Made by a program: the position numbers and the translations under genes. Of a DNA stretch of 64,000 bases, positions 1-64,000 are shown piece after piece (position 1 is the first letter of the stretch; each line of letters starts with the position of its first letter). Below the pieces are notes generated by a model. That model was not told where the DNA came from. It was given only the letters and a program-made list of their open reading frames with translations, and ran no database searches. Source of the stretch: Eledone cirrhosa (lineage: Eukaryota); the NCBI GenBank assembly GCA_964016885.1, contig OZ024740.1, positions 332,072,001 through 332,136,000 of the forward strand, written 5' to 3'.

Positions 1-1108
1 CATCTATTTACCACCATTTTGCTGAAGCAATGTATAAATTCGAACTTTCCTTTGTTAAATGAAGGCATATGCATGCGAGAACGAAAGAGAGCGAAGAGAG
101 AGCGAGTGAGAGATAGGGAAAATTTGAGAGTTATTTTATCAAGAAATCGGCCAACTCAATGGATTAGCTTGAAAAGTGGCCGAGTATTCTATAGCAATGT
201 GTAGTCAGTATAGCTCTCAATTTGAAACTTCAGCAGACAATGTAACAAGGCTCTATTTCTGAATTACAAGCACATATCATCCGACGGGCTTTCATTCAGC
301 TTCTTCGAATTTTCTTTACATGTCATAAATCAAGCCCAGGCTAATTTCTTAAGTATTTCCACTCTCTCTCAATAACGACACTAAATATATTTATCGTAAT
401 TAAGTATCATGTCTAATTTTCTCAATGATTACATTGTCGTTATACTGATAATTCGTCTATTTATCAGATTATAGCAATATAACTACTTGATGATATAGTA
501 CAATTTGGTTCAAACAGCTATTAGGGAATTTTGAAATCTCTACAGTCAAAAATATATTACATAAATATATATATATGGTGCATGATAAGAATGAGAAGAA
601 ATATATATGGTGTATAAAAATAAAACTGGTCGAACTGTTAGATATCAGTTATATTTCAAATATATATATATTCCCTGTAATTAATGACAATGATGATGGA
701 AGTCGTTAAGGACACTAATTTAAGACAGATATCTGCAGTTCATTCTATCGCTCATCTGCAGGTCGCTAAAATACACATTGACATCGACATTGCATATGCT
801 TCGATACTAACTAATACTTATTACTAATTTATACTTATTCCTAATTAAACTATTTTTCACTGGGAAAAAAATTGTCAGCATATTCTTTTCCTTTTTACTA
901 ATATATCACAACTCGTGTGTCACACCTCTATTTTTTTAAATATATATATATATATACATCACTCATAGTGATTTCTATTTTTAACGTAAATATAAATGTA
1001 TTTCACTACGCTTTAAAAACATTAACGCCAACAAAAGTGGAGCACCATACACATGAATGGTGAAGAAAGACATTTTTAGACAACATTGGTTTCACTCTCA
1101 TGTCAACA

Positions 1109-58302
<57,194 letters not shown>

Positions 58303-58636
58303 CTGAAACGTAAAATATGCATCTATTTTAATTTTCTTGCAAATGTGTGCATTGGTTATCTCATTTTAGAAAAACAACGCTTCATACGATAACGAATGGA
58401 TAAAAAAATAGACACATTAATTTTCATTCTTTCTTAATCTTTCATTTTATTTGTGTCGAATTTCCCATGATTCAAATCGTGCAATTTTACACTCGCTTGC
58501 TTGAAATATATCTTATTTCTTGAGCAACTGTCATTGCACTATCCGGCATTCCACAGACACTTACGCATACACATCTACAAACACACACATGCGTCCGCGC
58601 ACACATACACATTCATATATATATATATATATATAT

Positions 58637-58812
58637 AACGAAGGAAATGTGGTAAGGAACCAGATGGACCATAACGCACCAAAGTACTCAATACTTAAGG
58701 TAGTAGAGTGGGTAATAGGAACAAGTATGACCCCGACGGCAGAGCTCAAGCCGTTCGACGGCTAATTAGCCGTCGAAACGGCTTGGGCTCTGCAGTCGGG
58801 GTCACACTTGTT

Positions 58813-58817
<5 letters not shown>
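58637..58817. mobile_element. (TA)n-embedded fold-back element family; other copies 15108-15230, 22464-22670, 25642-25777, 27308-27365, 57719-57870
   Basis: Shared aaggaa.tgtggtaaggaaccag.tggaccataacgcacc leader plus palindromic ccccgacggcagagctcaagccgtttcgac..gtcgaaacggcttgagctctgccgtcgggg. Confidence 0.85.
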
Positions 58818-58878
<61 letters not shown>

Positions 58879-59247
58879 GACACACACAAGCGCACGCGCG
58901 CGCGTGTCAGCTGAGAAATCCCTAGGCTGAAAATGAAGGTATGATGCTGCAGCTGTGAAATCTTGCATGCATTAATCTCAACACTTCTCATTAATACCTG
59001 CACCGCTCGTTCCCATGGACTAGGTTGAAAAGTAAACCTCATTTTGTCATTCCATGAGAGTATCTTGGTCAGCTTATGATCTTTTCAGCTCATGAACATT
59101 TTAGTCGACTTTCACATATACGAAGATTGCCAGCGGATAGTTTGCAGTTCGATCCTAATGCAAAGTTTACAAAAATCTGGGTATCACGGAAGCAAAAATT
59201 ATAGGTGTCACCAAAAACAACTTGAAATCAGCAACAACTCTTTATAT

Positions 59248-59849
59248 CAGAGGTCCCCAATAACCAGGCCACGGACCAGTACTGGTCCGTGGATCAGTTG
59301 CTGCCGAGTCACAAAGAAACAATTAAATTGTTTAAACTTATATAATAGATAAATTGACTATTGGACTTTAATTTTAAAAGATTTCATTAAATGGCTTTGT
59401 GGTTCGGGTATTCAGCTCACAATCGTAAGATCGTGAGTTCGATTCCCGGTGTCACATTGTTTCCTTGAGCAAGAGACTTTATTTCTCGTTCCTCCAGTTC
59501 GTTCAGCTGGCAAAGATGTGTTGTACCTGTAGTTCGAAGGACTAGCCTTGTCACACAATGTCTCACGCCGAATCTCCCTGAGAGCTACGTAAAGGGTACA
59601 TGTGTCTTTAGAATACTCAGCCACTTGCACGTTAATTTCACGAGCAGGCTGTTTCGTTGATCGGAACAACTGGAACAATTGCGTTGTAACCGACGGAGTT
59701 CCTCCATCTACTTTGATAAGTTGCTCTTTTTTATTATTGCTCTCTTTGTCGAAATGTACTTAAATAACACATATGTCTACCTACCGGTTCGCATAAAGTT
59801 TGTCCGGCATGAAGCCGGTCCATGGTATAAAAAAGGTTGGAGACCACTG
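59248..59849. mobile_element. hAT/Charlie (MER1-like) MITE with a nested SINE
   Basis: TIRs CAGAGGTCCCCAA / TTGGAGACCACTG; subterminal ccacggacc..ggtccgtgg; degenerate 8-bp TSD ctttatat/ctgcagat. Confidence 0.7.
59388..59705 (+). mobile_element. tRNA-derived SINE family B; decayed copies near 3140-3360 and 35260-35420
   Basis: B-box gagttcgattcccgg followed by ccttgagcaag..actttatttc, shared among copies. Confidence 0.7.
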
Positions 59850-60310
59850 CTGCAGATGGCTTACGCTAAAGAATCATTGACCAATGAAATCAGGGGTATG
59901 TATGCAACCTAGACACAGATTGAAGCTTGATCAACCTCAATATTGTCGTCAGAATTATGGTGTATTTGTGTACAACTAAACCTCGAGTAACTTTAATGTA
60001 CAAAACTTATGAAAGGTTTCGCATTGACTGATATGTGAATGCAGTAAGGGATCTTCTGATTTGCATTATTACACACATGTCAACCTTACTAATATCCGTG
60101 TGTGTTCTACCACGTACAGCTTTTAGACATTTAATATATAATAAAGAATTGAAATACTGAGTTATCAATACCATTTAATTAACTTAACTTCCGTTATATT
60201 TTCCTTCTTTCAGAATTACTGTATAATGTATGTAACACCATGTTGTTAGTGTTTAGTTTTCCATCTTCAGCAGATGAAATTTTTATGTAACTACACATTT
60301 GGAATAGGAT

Positions 60311-60502
60311 ATTATTGTTTCTACTTTTGGCACAAGGCCAGCAATTATCCCAGTGTATTACTGGTACTTCATTTTATCGACCCCGTAAGGACGAAAGGCA
60401 AAGTTAACCCTGGCGGGATTGGAACTGTGACCATAAAGGGCTGTAACTCTTTGCTGAAAAACATGGCGTCAGACCCTCTACCTATGCTGCCAATCCCACC
60501 GT
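60311..60502 (-). mobile_element. SINE family A
   Basis: Same head, core and tail. Confidence 0.85.
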
Positions 60503-60724
60503 CTAAAATAAGATATTATGTATAGAATGTTGTGTATAGGTAAGAATATATGCGTAACTGTTTTGTATGGTATGTGTAGGATTCCCCGTATCCAGTTATT
60601 TTATATCTGTAGGTATTGTTATCTTGGATCTAATAAATGTAATTAAAAATGAGATAAATAGAAAGGCTGTGTCAGACGTTAGCCCCACATCAAGAGGATT
60701 AAAGTTAAGAGAGAGACGACATTT

Positions 60725-60828
60725 GAACACATACTCTTAGGTTCATCCGCGCCTTCAGCGCATCGAGCAGTTTGTATTCGCCAACGGTCACGATCAACGG
60801 TGGCTTTTTCCTGTCCGTGCCATGTGGA
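60725..60828 (-). mobile_element. Very short RTE-like 3' end
   Basis: TWHGQEKATVDRDRWR..ARCA. Confidence 0.5.
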
Positions 60829-60846
60829 TACACACACACACTCTCT

Positions 60847-60937
<91 letters not shown>

Positions 60938-60958
60938 ATACATTTATATGTGTGTGTT

Positions 60959-61012
<54 letters not shown>

Positions 61013-63269
61013 CATATATATGTACATAGAGAGAGAAAGAGAGAAGTATATTATATAATGTAGTCATTAATATGTAATCTCTGTTTCGTGTTATCCAGTA
61101 AATATTAATGATTAATTATTATAGCAATTCGTACAGGAACCAGCTACATTTGATATCCACATTTTTGTTCACTTCCAACATAATATAGGGCTTTGTTGTT
61201 ATTTGATTATATTTCATACAACATTTATGACTACCTTTGAAATGTCACTCCAATGTGTGTGAAATGTACAGGTACATGGTAAAACCATATATAGAATTCT
61301 AAAATAGTTATTAGCAAAAATGTATAAAAATATTTTTTGCGCTGTGTGGTCAAACTATATGTATAGGTCATAATCATAACGTGAGAGTTCCTTGTCTCAT
61401 AGACCATTATTGTTATGCCGCAATGATACATCTCGCCCCTAAATGTTACCGATCATTGAATTCAGTCATTTAGTTTAATATATATAAGAATTAAATTGAC
61501 ATTTCACATGATTACTATAATAATGCGTCGAACGAAATTTATTATTTTCCTATCAATTAGAGGAATAGTGTGCCACAAAACAGTGTAGCTATTGAAGTTT
61601 AGAAGAAATATCAGATGTGTTGAATGGGTGTGTGGGACCGATGAAGTCACCATTTCCTTGTTTCTATATTTTTCTATTAGTATTTTCGATATTATTTCCT
61701 CTTTTATGATTCTCATGTTTGATATTTACTAGACGTAAAAAGAAGAACAATAAAACTGTTTAGATTATAACAATATCGAGTAAAAAAAATCCCAATGTTA
61801 GAGTTTCAAAAGCAGAGAATCATTGAGAATTTCAAAGGAGCTTAGACAGCTTCATTGAATTCGCTATATAACCTACAGATTGCTTTCCAAAGAACAACGG
61901 AAGCAAATCTTGGCAGTCATGGACGACAGACAGAATAATCACATTCGTACACAATTTCAATAGCTTTAAATATTTTATTTTATATTGATTTGCTACTAAG
62001 GTGCCATGGAAATATATGAACAATAGCTAGCAAACTTAATATCCATTAATAATAATAGATACGTATTAAATAAAAACAACATTTTATAAATAATAATTTA
62101 TGGTTTTTACTTAATCCATAAGTATCGAAAAATATATGTTTCTTAACAGTGACTGGAAATGAGGTATATTAAGTGGTATAGAACTGTAATGGTTTCTTTC
62201 ACGTTTAAATCAAAAACATACCATTTGATATATGAAAAAGGGCAATAATTATTCATTTACGATATGAAGATTTCTGGAAATTTATTGTGCGTGTTTTGCT
62301 GTAACCTCTGATACATGTGTAATTATATAAGGGTGAACATACACACATTTACTTCATCATAACATAGAAAACAATAATACAAACGTTAATATATAACTTA
62401 CATCTGTAACCATAAGTATATGTATTCAATAATAATTATTCATAAAAGGAATTTAAAGCTAACTAGACGAATTAAAAAGTAAACAATAATATTCATCAAA
62501 TAAACAGAATGATAATTATAAATTATATCAACTATTAAAACATTTCCGACATAAAACGAGTGGCAAAGCTAGATTTAATTTAAATAAACTGTGTACATTA
62601 TTTGATACACACAGGCCATTTAGAAACTAAATCCGCCATCTAACCATTTGTCCGTGAGTGATTCTCATTATAATACAACTAAATATCGACAGCCGACACA
62701 TATATCCGTGTCTCTGAACAAATATATGAAGGGAGTATTCGTAAGTGACTGTTTGTCTTGTAAATATCACTGTATGCCCAGCTAATTAATTTTATATTTG
62801 ACTTCTTTTACATTATAATATTTTTTTATATTGATTTTTATTATAAAACATAGGCTATTATTAGTCATGTGATTATTTTCTTAAATTTATCTATATTTTC
62901 AACAGTCACTAATACATTTTGTATACCTTTAAGTATTTATGTCTTGTACTATAGAATTTACTGTTTCTATCACGTATATAAAATTGTTTCTACATATATA
63001 ATGAACGTTCTATAACAGTCGCGTGTTTGTATACAATCGGTAAAATCAAAAGTTTTGCAAGTAATTTTCAACAGCTATTTTTCGTATCCAGTTATTGATG
63101 GTGTTATACTTTTAAACGATTTTGTTCAATGGACAATTCTAAATACAAAATCAGTTGCCTGCCTTCCTGTATTTACACCATATGTTTTTTAACTGCAATA
63201 TTATATTCCGTAAGGTCACATCTCCTTTGGCGGTCTAAAAATATCTGACTGATGAAATGACAAGTCAGT

Positions 63270-63600
63270 CAATCATATTGGTGGCCTCCCCACAGCCCCG
63301 GCGGACAGAATAGAGAAGGCGTTTCCCCGGAGGACGGCAAGGGAGACGTGCTGGAAAGGCCACTCCAGCTCGCGGGGCTCACACCTGCGACTGGCCAGCA
63401 CAGCGCCTATGGTGGTGAGTAGGGAGGTAGCCCTAGGGCCGAGAACACCAGAAGTCTCCACTGCCAAGAGTCCAACCGCAAACCTGTCGGAGAGCAGCCG
63501 GTATTTGAAGAGTTTGGCCTCAGCCCGACGTGCAGCAGAACCTGGGTTAGTCGCAGACTGCACCAGGTTGCGGATATTACAGAAACTCTTCTGTGAAACC
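63270..63600 (-). mobile_element. CRE-clade-like non-LTR 3' fragment (restriction-like endonuclease region)
   Basis: AARRAEAKLFKY..LAVETSGVLGPRA..L..IG...QHVSLAVLRGNAFSIL. Confidence 0.7.
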
Positions 63601-64000
63601 TCATTTCCAATTAATGTCCTACTGCCAAGAAAATGTTCTATCGTAGACGTTGTATCCACTCTTTTGGCACGTTTTTACATATTACTATTCTGTGTCGAAA
63701 GAGATAAAAAAAAACGCACAAAAATGACATCTGCAATATTCTATACTAGTGGGTATACTGAAGATAAAATGCACATATATTCGCACTTTCAAAATATAAT
63801 GCATAATTACAACATATTAAATTTATCCGCATGATTGCTTGTCTGCCGAATAATATATAAACTGATACGTTACAGCGCCAGGACCAGTGTGGTGACATGC
63901 GATAATCTACCGACCTATTTTAACATTACTAGGTTTATATTATTCAACTAACATTACATTGTCCCTATCATATATTGTACTAGTAAAGTTTACTTCTCAA

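Noticed and set aside
58715-58817. CGAAAC within the fold-back family as a hammerhead half
   Set aside because: No CUGANGA partner or stem I; treated as a palindrome only.
59420-59450. tRNA gene suggested by gttcgattccc
   Set aside because: No cloverleaf; continues into a SINE body.
61231-61716. Candidate next upstream GluR exon (expected to end ...EG in phase 1)
   Set aside because: No frame gives the expected EEPYVM...FEG-like peptide, and the phase-compatible frame has a stop; upstream exons probably lie outside the window.

Overview
AT-rich, extremely microsatellite-dense eukaryotic DNA whose SINE/LINE content suggests a coleoid cephalopod such as Octopus (inferred, not verified). Almost the whole window is the 3' two-thirds of one minus-strand AMPA-type ionotropic glutamate receptor gene. 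Nine phase-consistent GT-AG coding exons (58302 to 1109) give S1-M1-M2-M3-S2-M4 and a C-tail ending -EQVLI*; the N-terminal exons appear to lie beyond the window. The introns hold a CR1-like LINE, Tx1/L1-like and RTE fragments, Helitrons, tRNA-derived SINEs and many Penelope-like (PLE) remnants; a hAT MITE and a CRE-like fragment lie upstream of the first mapped exon. Four things stand out: (1) minimal type-I hammerhead ribozymes with intact cores and compensatory stem changes, including a two-strand pair inside a large fold-back; (2) many long palindromes and inverted repeats inserted in (TA)n; (3) Q/R- and R/G-equivalent codons at vertebrate-like intron positions, each with a nearby intronic hairpin; (4) a Tx1-like LINE apparently targeting (TAGA)n, with target-site duplications. 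Everything was read by eye; no searches or folding programs were run.
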